A stretch of 64,000 nucleotides of DNA, taken from Dicyema japonicum (Eukaryota > Animalia > Dicyemida). Where the stretch lies: contig RDEW01000002.1 of the NCBI GenBank assembly GCA_011109175.1, positions 1,953,413 through 2,017,412 on the forward strand, given 5' to 3'. A program made the translations under genes and the position numbers. How positions within the stretch are numbered: position 1 is the stretch's first letter; each line of letters opens with the position of its first letter. Below the pieces are notes generated by a model. The model searched no databases. It saw nothing but the letters and a program-made list of their open reading frames with translations, and was not told the origin of the DNA. Below, one piece after another: positions 38,193 to 49,279 of the stretch.

Positions 38193-39609
38193 ATGGATGA
38201 CCTAGGCAAGTCTCAATCAAGAAAAGATATTATAACAGACTTGATGCTTCCACTGATGAGTAATAGTCCCGAGTCCACGGTTACAATTGATGCCTTTTCT
38301 ATTATTACTGACCAGTGCTATCTACTACTCATGGAAATCATCTCAGTGACCCTTTAATTCTAAACTTTAGAACGCCAAGTGCTACAAATACAAGATCAAG
38401 GATCACAAACTCAGACTAGACCACGTGGTGTCTGCTTTGACTGAGTCTTCCTTCTTCTACCCGGGATCTTGCTTAATTTCGAGAAACGAGACCGTGATTC
38501 GCAAGAAAGACATATTTCTTGAGCCCAAAATTCACTTGGATGGACAAATCAAGGGTCACTGGCTAGTAATAGAGGGGGTTCAACCAATCACGGCTTTAAA
38601 TCCTGTGGACTCCATCAGGAAGGAGGCCATGGAGGCTGCCCTACTCCAACAACCCCCAACCAAGCGACCAAAGTGCATATGTGACTCCAAGACTATGAGG
38701 ACAATAAACAGCCTTACAGCCTACAAGATAAAACCGACTGACTCCCACATAATAACAGCCGTATTTCTGGGGGTTGAAGTATAGGAGGAACAGCTCTTCT
38801 TTGTCGAGTTGACGAAGACGCTGGTGGGTGTTAACGACAGCAAAAGAATGGATTCCCTCAGTAGCCTAAGCAACGATCCCGTGGTCTCCTCCATCATGGC
38901 CCCTCTCGTAGTATTCATATCCCAGGCGGTTTGTCGCTCTCCTTTATTTAGACTCGGGAGAACATATCCACGTGCAACTTTCCGATTCTAATTTACATTA
39001 TCAGAGTGATACACGCTGTTGTGAGGAACCCCCACATTTATGTGGAGCAATATGTAGTGGTAGTGTATATTAGAGCTGCATGAACTGCTCCCCTGTGTCC
39101 TTAGTTGCATTGTCACCAAGGAAGTTTGCTCTGCGAGAGACTTTGGCAGTCAGTGGGCGTTGAGAGACTTTGCTGTGAACACTCTAAGGATGATTGTGAG
39201 GTAGTTGGGTGGTTATTGCAGGGGATTTGACTCTGAGGTTAACCAGATGAAGAATAGAGTGTGCAGGGTATTGGAGAAGGTATTGAAAAACCCAAAGTCT
39301 TCGATCCCTGCGTGTTATGGGGCGACTCATGGGCTCTTAGCACTTGGACATGATGCTGTAGACAAGTATTTGATGCCACACGTGGGTTCGGTAGTTGACA
39401 GGATCTGTGAAGTGGCAGACTCAGCTTACCCGGATAGTGCGGACAGAGTGGCTGGGGATAAATATGTGGATTTCCTGAAGAAGACGATGTCGGATGAGAT
39501 TATGCAGAATGTGAGTAAGGAGGGGGAATCTGAGTATTTGAAGAAGTTGGGGCGGATTGGACCCGTTGTTGCTGCATTCATAAGGGAAAGAACTTACATC
39601 GTTAGATGA
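38193..39609 (+). CDS. TAF6: Transcription initiation factor TFIID subunit 6, about 433 aa
   Basis: Introns 38346-38370, 38761-38784, 38929-38951, 39054-39075, 39201-39221. Motifs KGHWLVIEGVQP, EEQLFFVELT, YVEQYLHELLPCVLSCIV, QWALRDFA, CYGATHGLLALG. Confidence 0.92.
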
Positions 39610-39744
39610 TCATTTATGTTCTTTTTATTACTGTTTTTTATATTGTAACGTGTGANGGAGGGGGAATCTGAGTATTTGAAGAAGTTGGGGCGGATTGGAC
39701 CCGTTGTTGCTGCATTCATAAGGGAAAGAACTTACATCGTTAGA

Positions 39745-40713
39745 TGATCATTTTTTTCATTACTGTTTTTTATATTGTAACGTGTGAATGGGGGTTATTT
39801 AGTCTCGGTTGGGGGATATGTGGAGTCGCTACAATTGTAACTGGTGATTGATCTCTTGTTGGTGAGGCTTGCTTGTCTCGTGCTGGAAGTATTTCAATGG
39901 ATTGGGGTTGGAAGTATATCTCATCAACTATGCATTCTAAACCAAATATTTCAAGAAGGTTATTTCAAGCTCAACCTGAGCGTGTTCATACTTCGATTTG
40001 CACATTACTGACATACACGTGATCAGTGAAGTAAGAATCGGATCCGTAAATCTTGGTGGGATTACTGGAGAACATTAACTTACGAGCTCGATAAGTCAGG
40101 ATCAAACAGAAATGCAATATTATTGAGGACAATCTGTGTTATAGTCATTATAAGAGCAACAGATAGCATAACACTGATATCTAATGCAGCGAATACGACC
40201 ATGGAGATGCTCAAAACTCTGAGATGACCCCGACTTTTTAATGCACTTTACAACCGTAGACTTCTTTGTATACCCTTCAAGACTTATTAAAGCACAAACC
40301 AGACTCTACTATTACGTGAGGGAGGAATGTGGCACTCCGTGGGGTTCCGTCGTCATCAGAAAACTTCACAATCAATCCATGTTTCCCAATCTGATCAGAT
40401 AAAGTATAACCTCCCAATCCTCCATATTATGACATTCTTCGACTGAATGAAGAAGAGAGACCTCACAACTGAGTTGAGGGATCTCATCGGCCTTCATTTT
40501 AGGGAATCGACTGTCTTGAGAACTGAATTCTATTTTCGTCAAATACCTTAAAGTAGCAAATGTACTAAGAGAATAACTGAGGGGAGAGATTTCATAGGTC
40601 CCAATGCAACCACGTGACACATGTGTATTGGTGTATCTCCAGCAGACAAATATAGGACTAATAATAATTATGCAAACTAAACTATTCAAGATTGGCGAAC
40701 TCTGAAGTATCAA
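39745..40713 (-). CDS. Possible orphan membrane-protein gene; exon structure unresolved
   Basis: 113-codon ORF with hydrophobic N-terminus, a second hydrophobic stretch VLSISMVVFAALDISVMLSVALIMTITQIV near 40130-40220, candidate GT-AG introns, Pro-rich end; convergent with TAF6. Confidence 0.4.
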
Positions 40714-40799
40714 CTATTCTAGTGGGCAGATTAAAATTGCTTTGGAGGACACTGAAACAGTAGTACACCATCTCTTTGGTCGCCATATCGGTTAATAAT

Positions 40800-42800
40800 A
40801 TTAAATTTTATTATTTTGTTGTTAAGTCCATTTTTATGAAAATAAATAAATAAATTTTTATGCAACTTGTTGTCATCAAGTAGCTTGTAGTTGTAATGTA
40901 CAATAACAATTGGTGCATTGTTGTTAAGTCCATTTTTATGCAAATAAATAAATAAATTTTTATGCAACTTGTTGTCATCAAGTAGCTTGTAGTTGTAATG
41001 TACAATAACAATTGGTGCAGCTTCGATTCCTCTATCGGCTATTTGGTCCAAGATTTCTTTTCCTTTTTTTTCTTGATATTCTCTCGTTCATGTGGTCTAC
41101 CTTCTTGGATGATGCACAGTGCCGGGATATACTTGCTCCCCCCCCCCCCATTCAGTTGGATGGCTAACTACAACTGCCAGGATTGGATGTGTTCTTTCTA
41201 TTTTGTTGGTTCTGATGAACTTGTACCTGATATTGTAAGGTCTCTGTTTCTATAACCGTGGGAATTAGATACATTTAACTGGTTAACTATTGACTTATTT
41301 CTCAGTATAAATCAAAGTGGTTTATCTGCTGGGAATCCATGTGATAGATTTGATTCGCTGGTTAATTGAGTGAAGAGGTCTCTGTTTTGCTTCTGAAGTT
41401 AGCGTAGTTTCATACAGTCCGTCTGTATTAGAAGGTTTTCAATCCCGGGATAACGAAGAAAGTGACAATTCAACTACCCAAAATCTACTGTGTCATTCCT
41501 TAGAGAGATTGCGACAATTGGAAGGACTGGACGTTTCCTTTTCTTTCGTTTGGTCCTGGATGATCTTGTCTGGACTTTTGTGTGATCTTTGAAAACTTCA
41601 TTGGTTGTCAACTATTAACTTCTACCCCACAATGCTTGGATCTTGTATGACTCATTGATGCTTGCGGAAGGGAGTCTGAGAGCGATCTATAATAAGTCCT
41701 TTCCTCATCACATTAAGTTTCATTGAATATTATTCTGCATTATCATCACCACGTGTCCCCAAAAAGGTCTTAACTCAAACTATAGCTCTGCTCTTACCTA
41801 CTCCTCGAATGACAACGTTTACTGATTTTTGAGTTTATCCAAAGAACCCAGCAATCAATCCCCGTCACTCAATGTTGAAGAGTTAAAAAAGATCCCATTT
41901 GGTCCAAAATCGAAAAAACTTGGGAGATCATCGGATAATCAACAAAAGCTAAATATTATCAAAGCTAGGAGAAGCCAAAAAGAATAAGTTCTATGTGAGG
42001 GTGGGGGCGTCAACTAATATGAGTCACATATGTCCCCTCATTTAATGACTCCTTATCTATTCATGTGGTGTCATGATTGTCAAATAGTTCCTACAAAACC
42101 CTCATACTTGGATTTCGGATACATTCCGTGTGGCAATGATCTTTCAAGAAGCTCAGTGGAGGCCATGACCAAAAATGGTTCAATCTTAGCTGTATATACA
42201 CGGAAGAACATTCCAGAATTCAGACAGGTGCGTAGAAGCGATTTTGGCATTGCATTAGCTTTTTTCCTTCAACTTTGAAAGACCTCTTCTGATCCACACA
42301 AAAAGTGATTTATTCCAAGACGCTGATTTTCCCAGTATTCACGTAAACGTTCCTGTTTTTCATGTTCTTGGAGATTCAAGAAACAGTACGTTTTTCCCGT
42401 AATAAGGATATTCTTCTGTCACGGTACCATTTTCAGTTTTCTCAATACGGTTCACTGTAAGACCTGTTACACTCTAATCAACAAGCATGTAATCACAATC
42501 ATTTCCATAATGGAGTGCTCCACTCGGGTATTCACTTTCATAGTTAAATAAAGTGAGCTCAGAGCGCACACGTGGAACCCGTTTTCTATAGAATTTTCTT
42601 TGATATTTGATTTCCAGCGCAAATGAACGGCTCACTAGCAAAAAAGAAAATTAATGGAGTGCTCCACTCGGGTATTCACTTTCATAGTTAAATAAAGTGA
42701 GCTCAGAGCGCACACGTGGAACCCGTTTTCTATAGAATTTTCTTTGATATTTGATTTCCAGCGCAAATGAACGGCTCACTAGCAAAAAAGAAAATCCGTC
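40800..42800 (-). mobile_element. Possible heavily decayed gypsy-like pol (integrase) remnant
   Basis: Only weak integrase-like fragments among many stops. Confidence 0.3.
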
Positions 42801-42898
42801 AGCGATAGTGTCGTTCGTGCTGATTGATTTTTTGACTAAAATTTCAAAATTTTGACCTTTTGACTTTATGGTAAATTTATCCCATTCTTATCAATTTA

Positions 42899-44110
42899 TG
42901 TCACCGTCCGTAAGTGAACTTCGCCTCGTGGAACTCCACTAGAACCAATAAAAATTAGTACTGTAGGATAATTCAGAGATTTCTGAGCTAAATGGTGTAA
43001 TTTTTAGTTAAAATCGTTAATAGTTTGAAATCAAAAAATAACAAAGTCCACTAAATGAATCGAATAAAATTTTAATGATATTTTATTATTTTTAATTAAC
43101 AAAAACTTCATTAAAATTTGAAAATAAAAAATATCTTATTTCGGTTTTAAGCTTCAGGTTGAACATGATGAATTGCGCTAGGTATCAGAGTATTTAGAAA
43201 AACCACTTCTTGATGCGTCACTTTTCGTCAACAGCTTATTTGGAGACTTTTCCATTGCTAGTTTTTGAATTGAGCCGCGTGGCACATGTGGTGTTTCGTG
43301 GTTAATTGGTTGAAGTTTCTGTTTGTTCGTCTGTTCCTCCTTTCTCTTCATATTAGAGTGGCATCATGTGATCCACCCGTCTAAGTGGTGCCCAGGATCT
43401 TTTGCTCTCCCACATTCCACTGGAGGGGTTTCCACAACTGCCCTTATGGATGTCTTTTACCCTTTATGTTGATTCCGGATGGACTCTGTGGAAGTGGAAG
43501 TGGACCCTGGATACACTTAACTAGTTCTTTACTTTAACTTTTTTCTCGGTTAATCCGGGGTTAATAAATAATAAAAACAGTTTTTGAGGATGATAAATCT
43601 ACTACAGAGTAAGAACATAAATGGATTGGGCAATAATCTTTTTTACCGATTTTTTAAGAAGAATCAAAGCTGAAACAACGATTGATTATAGTATTTTTGT
43701 CCATTAAACGCATAGGTTAAATTAATCTCCAAAAATGGTTATCATCCGTTTCAGCTACTGAAGTAACTCTATAAAAACATCAATCTAGTCTTGGTGATAT
43801 TCGTATTCAGTTACAATATTCCAATCATGAAACAACAAAACATGCTCTATTCAAGATTTTTAATGGGGTTGATCATCAGGCACAAATTTCGGATAAACGC
43901 TTACTACAATGTGAATGAACGCTCGAATAATATACCACAGTGTGAAGAAGATGAAGACTTATCGTTGTCAATGCATTCTGCTCAAAGACATACTTTGCTT
44001 GCTGCAGAATAAATGCGCAAGAAAAAATGCTGGAAAATAAAGAATTATTGAATGTTGGAGATAAGTTATTCGACGTATGGATTGTGAATCCAATCTGCCA
44101 ATGAGAAAAA
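42899..44110 (+). mobile_element. Second Ginger/GIN-like remnant, interrupted by an RTE 3' fragment near 43270-43520
   Basis: Shares GGAACTCCACTAGAACCAAT terminal region and internal blocks (e.g. GATAAACGCTTACTACA, GTGAAGAAGATGAAGAC) with 31775-33110. Confidence 0.6.
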
Positions 44111-44262
44111 ATGGTTAATATGAGTACTTGTACGCATAATTTATCGAATAGTGGAAATATAAGGTTTACATACAATCAGGGGTTGGCAACCGTAGCTCTT
44201 AGAGCCATTATGGTTCTTTGAGTTTTTTATGTGGCTCTTTCGATTATCGCAAAGATAACTTA

Positions 44263-46330
44263 TTATTATTACAGCACTTATCGCCTTGCCATAATAGTTA
44301 TAGCAAAGCATGTGCAATACAAGAAACAATGTTATTAGTTAGCCTCTTCCATCCTCCACGGTTACACGCAGTCGATCTCAGCATGTCCAGATCGTCTCCC
44401 GTCTTTAGGCATTTCTTCATCCTTTGGAGGTCTTTGTGCAGCATGATAGGTAGGGTCATCCTTGGTCTGCCACGGAAGCATTTGCCCTCGAACATGAAAT
44501 GGTCCTCCATCGCCACATTAGCCGGGGCAGCAAGATCCATGCGTAGTACGTGACCAAACAGTCTCCACCGGGCGTCAGTGATTTCCATGCTTAGAGGCCT
44601 ACTCTTGCATTTTTTGTAAATACCGGTATTCGAGATTCTGGCTGGCCACTGCATGCCAAATAATACTCTAAGCTGTTTTCTGTGGAACCCATCGAGAGCC
44701 ATTGATTCCGCACCTGTACAGGCCCAAGTACCAGCATTGTATGTCAGTATCGGTTTCACAAATGCATTGTACATGCGTATCCGCAGATTGACATCTAGTC
44801 CTTTCAGCCATCCCTTTTTGAGTTTTCGCATTGCTACTCCTGCAAGTGTTTTCCTTTTGATGATGTCTTCTGTGTCCCCCAGTAGGGATCCAAGCTTATT
44901 AACATGTCGCCAACGTTCATTAAGGATGTTGTCCATTCTTTTGATTTTCGTGATTTCCGTTTTGGGCCGGTTAACGATGAGGAACCATTCCCCCAGTTTG
45001 TCCGGTGCATTTTCCAGCAGATGTGTGAGAGCTTCTGTATCCTCGGATATAAAATCCACATCATCCGCGTATACGACTTCGTTTATTTTTCCTTCATAGC
45101 AAGTTCTTAGATCCTTTAGTGCAGCTTCGAGATATATCACAAATAGTAAGGGGGAGAGGGAGTCTCCCTGAGGAGTGCCGATTGTAGTTTTGAATGGTCG
45201 GGATAGAGTTCTCCCAATTCGGACTGACAGTTCAGTACTTGAGAGAAGTACTCTGATTATCCGTAGCAATGATTGGTCCACAAATTGATGAAGGACAACC
45301 ATTAGCTTGTGTCGGCTAATGGTGTCGAAAGCTCTTGACATATCGATCCCCAGGATGGTCGTGGCATTTTTGTATCTTTGAGCCGTTGCACACCGCCACC
45401 TGTGGCTCCACAGAATGTCCGCTGTCGACCTTCCTTCACGAAATCCACTATGGCATGCTGATAGGTAATTTCCTGCAGGATGTTTTAAGCGGTCCAAAGC
45501 AACAGATGCAAGAACTTTTCGTAATGTGTTTAACAATATGACTGGGCGTAGGCTTTCTAGTGGTCCCTTTGGTTTGTTAGGCTTTTGTATAGGTATCAAT
45601 GTCCCTTTCCCCAGTGGTAGGACAGAGTTGGATGTAAACATTCCATTTAACAATGTCGCAATGGTTTCGAATAGACGCATAGGTCCATATTTCAGCAGTT
45701 CGGGAGGGATGTTGTCTGGTCCAGCGCTCCTGTGATTCTTTAGCTTACTGCACGGACTCTGAACTTTCTTAGATGTGATAATTGTTTCCAGCATCCGCGG
45801 TTCTCCAATGAAAGGGGCCAGTTCTTGGCCGTTCGCATTGAACAGTTTTTCAAAATGGGCAGCAATCAATTCGATCTGTTCGTCTGGTTTTAAGATAAGT
45901 TTCCCCTTCCCATCCATAACATGTACTGTCGCTTTTTTCTTTCCTCGCATTAGTCGGACTGCAGCGAACATTTGTGCATTGTCCTTTAGTTGCTCCAGCT
46001 CTCTAAGATGTGATAGGAAGACATCCTTCGAGTGTTCATTATTAAGCTTCATGATTCTTCTCTTGATAATATTTCGTTCAGTTCGTAGTTTGTTTTTGAT
46101 ATGTATATCCGTCGTGTTTAGACTCTGTATCCATATTTCTCGTTGTTGTTTTGCCAGTAATAAGAAGTCTGGATGGCCAAGTGACATGTTTCCGGTTGTC
46201 TGCCGTCTCACTCCAAGGTGGGTGTTTGCGGCAAGGCAAATAATGCTTTTGGTCTGATCCCATAGGTCTTGTATAGTCATATTAGCTGGTAATGTATATA
46301 GGTGGTTCTCTATAGGTTTTTTGATAACTT
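44263..46330 (-). mobile_element. RTE-like LINE insertion, 5' truncated, with TSD
   Basis: 11-bp TSD AAGATAACTTA at 44252-44262 and 46331-46341; (TAA)n tail. Confidence 0.93.
44298..46280 (-). CDS. Uninterrupted RTE-like reverse transcriptase ORF (660 aa, no endonuclease domain)
   Basis: GPDNIP, LRPVILLN, GIDMSRAFDT, PQGDSLSP, YADDVD, RWRLFGHVLR, RGRPR. Confidence 0.92.
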   Translation of the reverse strand: MTIQDLWDQTKSIICLAANTHLGVRRQTTGNMSLGHPDFLLLAKQQREIWIQSLNTTDIHIKNKLRTERNIIKRRIMKLNNEHSKDVFLSHLRELEQLKDNAQMFAAVRLMRGKKKATVHVMDGKGKLILKPDEQIELIAAHFEKLFNANGQELAPFIGEPRMLETIITSKKVQSPCSKLKNHRSAGPDNIPPELLKYGPMRLFETIATLLNGMFTSNSVLPLGKGTLIPIQKPNKPKGPLESLRPVILLNTLRKVLASVALDRLKHPAGNYLSACHSGFREGRSTADILWSHRWRCATAQRYKNATTILGIDMSRAFDTISRHKLMVVLHQFVDQSLLRIIRVLLSSTELSVRIGRTLSRPFKTTIGTPQGDSLSPLLFVIYLEAALKDLRTCYEGKINEVVYADDVDFISEDTEALTHLLENAPDKLGEWFLIVNRPKTEITKIKRMDNILNERWRHVNKLGSLLGDTEDIIKRKTLAGVAMRKLKKGWLKGLDVNLRIRMYNAFVKPILTYNAGTWACTGAESMALDGFHRKQLRVLFGMQWPARISNTGIYKKCKSRPLSMEITDARWRLFGHVLRMDLAAPANVAMEDHFMFEGKCFRGRPRMTLPIMLHKDLQRMKKCLKTGDDLDMLRSTACNRGGWKRLTNNIVSCIAHALL

Positions 46331-47049
46331 AAGATAACTTACTCTCCAATAAAATCATTTTCAAAAGAGTTTTTTTTTCCAAAATGTTTTTATGTATATT
46401 TTATAGATGGTATTTTATATTAAATTGTTATTTTTATTTAAATTATTACATTTTTTATATTTTAATTTTAAAAATCTTATTTGCTTAATCATAAATTATG
46501 TTTGTGGCTCTTCAACTATGTCTATAAATTTATATTTATTGAACAAAAAAACACCGTCATAGCCAGAATGAAAAAATTCAGGTTATTCCGGCCTCCCTCA
46601 GCAGTCTTCGAAGGAAATGCCGTCCAGGGGGAACTCCTNTTGTTATTTTTATTTAAATTATTACATTTTTTATATTTTAATTTTAAAAATCTTATTTGCT
46701 TAATCATAAATTCTGTTTGTGGCTCTTCAACTATGTCTACAAATTTAAACTCAATGAACAAAAAAAACACCGTCATAGCCAGAATGAAAAAATTCAGGTG
46801 ATCACGGCCTCCCTCAGCAGTCTTCAAAGGAAATGCCGTCCAGGGGGAACTCCTCTGGATGGTTGTTGACTAATGGTTCTTTTTGCACATAATTTAGGAT
46901 TATATCTGGCGCCACCATAGATGGTGAACCGCACGATTCACGCTAGCAACTAAAGCTACCTGGAGCCAATGGTGAAGAGGAGGAACAGAAAATCAAACAA
47001 ATAATCTTCAAATCATGCAGCCAGATAGCATGACATTAATTTTGGCGTC

Positions 47050-47535
47050 ACGTTGAAAAAAACATGAAAAGAAGTAAAAAACGGATAGAAAATGTACTAT
47101 TCAATTTCAATAGACTGAGACTTTTGCCATCAGATCATCTTCCAAAATGTCTTTTTTGCCAAAAACTCAACCAGAACAAAAAGTCAAATCTTGAGAGACA
47201 AATAAATCTAAATAATGGCGAAAATTCAACAAAATATCTTATTGGCGATGCACGAAAACTAGCTGTGATCTCCAAAAAATATTAAAATTGAAATTTCAAC
47301 ATTATTGGAAGCAGTCTGCCAGGACTACTAATATTGAAGCTTCGTCATCAGTCATGAGATTGCAAAAATTGGGAAACCGTTCACAGATGGTGAATACATC
47401 AAATCTTGTTTTCTAAAATTGTCAACAACTATTCCAAAATTTAAGAATAAAACCGAGATTTTAAATCAATGTGATGACTTTAAAACAGCTTCTGCAATTT
47501 CGATCGGAGTAGCTGAGTCATGTGACTTTATGTTT
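47050..47535 (+). mobile_element. hAT (GTF2IRD2/SPIN-like) transposase N-terminal remnant
   Basis: PKCLFCQK...KKSNLER and ASSSVMRLQ / HEIAKIGKPFTDGEYIKSCFLK; runs into an N gap. Confidence 0.7.
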
Positions 47536-47829
47536 NNNNNNNNNNNNNNNNNNNNNNNNNNNNNNNNNNNNNNNNNNNNNNNNNNNNNNNNNNNNNNNNN
47601 NNNNNNNNNNNNNNNNNNNNNNGGTATTTCGTGCCAGTAATTAGCTGATAGATTCTCGCAATTGTTTCTAAGAAAGACACTATTTTGAAAGATTCTGAAA
47701 AAATATTAAGTATCTTTTGTCGTCTTTCTAAGCATAACCTAAAGTTTCCGAAGCTTGAAGAGAAGTTGGAAGAATGGATGGAGGTGGTAGAGTTTAAAGT
47801 AGTCAAACTCATTTCGCTTCGACGATTGG

Positions 47830-48200
47830 GGTGTCAAGAGATCAACGGGAGAAGCCACCGAGTCTCACGTGCGTCGTGGTTTTTTAGTGTAGATAGGCGT
47901 CCAAGTTACTTTAAGAAACGAGGCGATTTTCCACTTATTCCTCTCAACAACAATTGGGTAGAACAGGGGTGTCAAGCTTTAAAGCACACATTGGACTCCA
48001 GAAGATCTCGTTTAAGTGACTTTTCTACTTCTACCTGTTTTAGTCCACGTTGCGAGGTGACCCCAGCTTCGATCAGAGTAATTGCTTGAAACAGAATAGC
48101 ATCCACTTAATCTAAGTAGGTTGTTTCCATGCAGCAACCAATGGGTAGACTCATTTACGTCATTTTTGTTTTTTTGGCTGATGAATCCGTAGGACTCAAG
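47830..48200 (-). mobile_element. R4/Dong-like RLE endonuclease fragment
   Basis: ITLIEAGVTSQRGLKQVEVEKSLKRDLL. Confidence 0.6.
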
Positions 48201-48789
48201 CTTTTCTTAGACGTAACTCGCCATTTTCCAAGTCCCGGGAGAAGTAGAGAAGTCACAATTATTCATAATTGATACCAACCCAGTTCAAGTTGGCCCTTGG
48301 AAGGTAAAGCCTTTGTATGTCTACATGTTTCGAATGGATTGTCGATTAATAAATGTAGTAATAGAGCATGTTCATTGATGGCTGGTCTGCTTTACTTCCT
48401 GCTCTTCCAAAGATCGGTGATTATCATTTCCATCAAGGAGTCTTCATCTGCAAGTATGTATCAGTCATCCATGATTCTAGGCTCTTTTTGGAATTTTACA
48501 TTTGAGGGCTTTTCACAAGTATATGGATCTGTGGTGATATGGAATCATTCTCATTCTATCCGGGGACTGGTAATCCAATGGGGGAATTCTACCTATTAAC
48601 AGTGTCACGTGTATGACAACCGTTAGGCTATAGCAGTGGCTCGCAACGTCAACTTGCTTTCGGAACATTTTTACATAATTTTTTTTATCTGAAACACTTC
48701 ATAAATAATTATTCCAATTATATTTTTTTGTTAAGAGGATTCTACATTCCTTACCTGAATTCTTTACTGACCAGGACATCGTCATTCTC

Positions 48790-49190
48790 GTGATACCTGG
48801 AGCCTTACCTATCAGTTTTCCCTACCTTCCATGTTCTCTCAGAGGGGACTGGATGATGCTGTATGCCAAAATTCTTTTTACGATCTGCTAGTGTCATTTA
48901 GCCAACATCGCCGTGCCTGTTTGTTGTCGGGGACGTCTTCCGAGAAAATTGCCTGGCTCAACGCCATTCTTAATAGAGTTTTGGGTACCTTTCTGGATGA
49001 TGAATGTGTCCGTATTGGGATCTCATTACGACTGGGATTAAAAATTAGTGTTCCACATCCGTACCGATGCGGAGACCAGATCGGCTGTTCTGGCATACAC
49101 CCTCTCTCCTGCAGGAATAGTCAGTCAGATTTTCCAGACACGTGGCCTTGTACGAACTCGTTAGGCGAGCTTTGGAATTCCACATGAATC
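48790..49190 (+). mobile_element. CRE-clade non-LTR retrotransposon fragment
   Basis: RACLLS...AWLNAI...LDDECVRIGISLRLGL...PHPYRCG...GIHPLSCR is the CRE zinc-knuckle region. Confidence 0.7.
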
Positions 49191-49279
49191 TTTACTGAAA
49201 TACAATTTTTGACTGTTAGCTGCGTTTTTTGCGAAATAAGGTTATCCTGCCAAAAAGTGTATTTGTGTATTCACAATTA

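Noticed and set aside
46481-46827. ORFs with a cox1-like WTAFP plus hydrophobic stretch (possible NUMT)
   Set aside because: Resemblance is superficial, there is an upstream in-frame stop, and the ORF length comes from an N-junction duplication.
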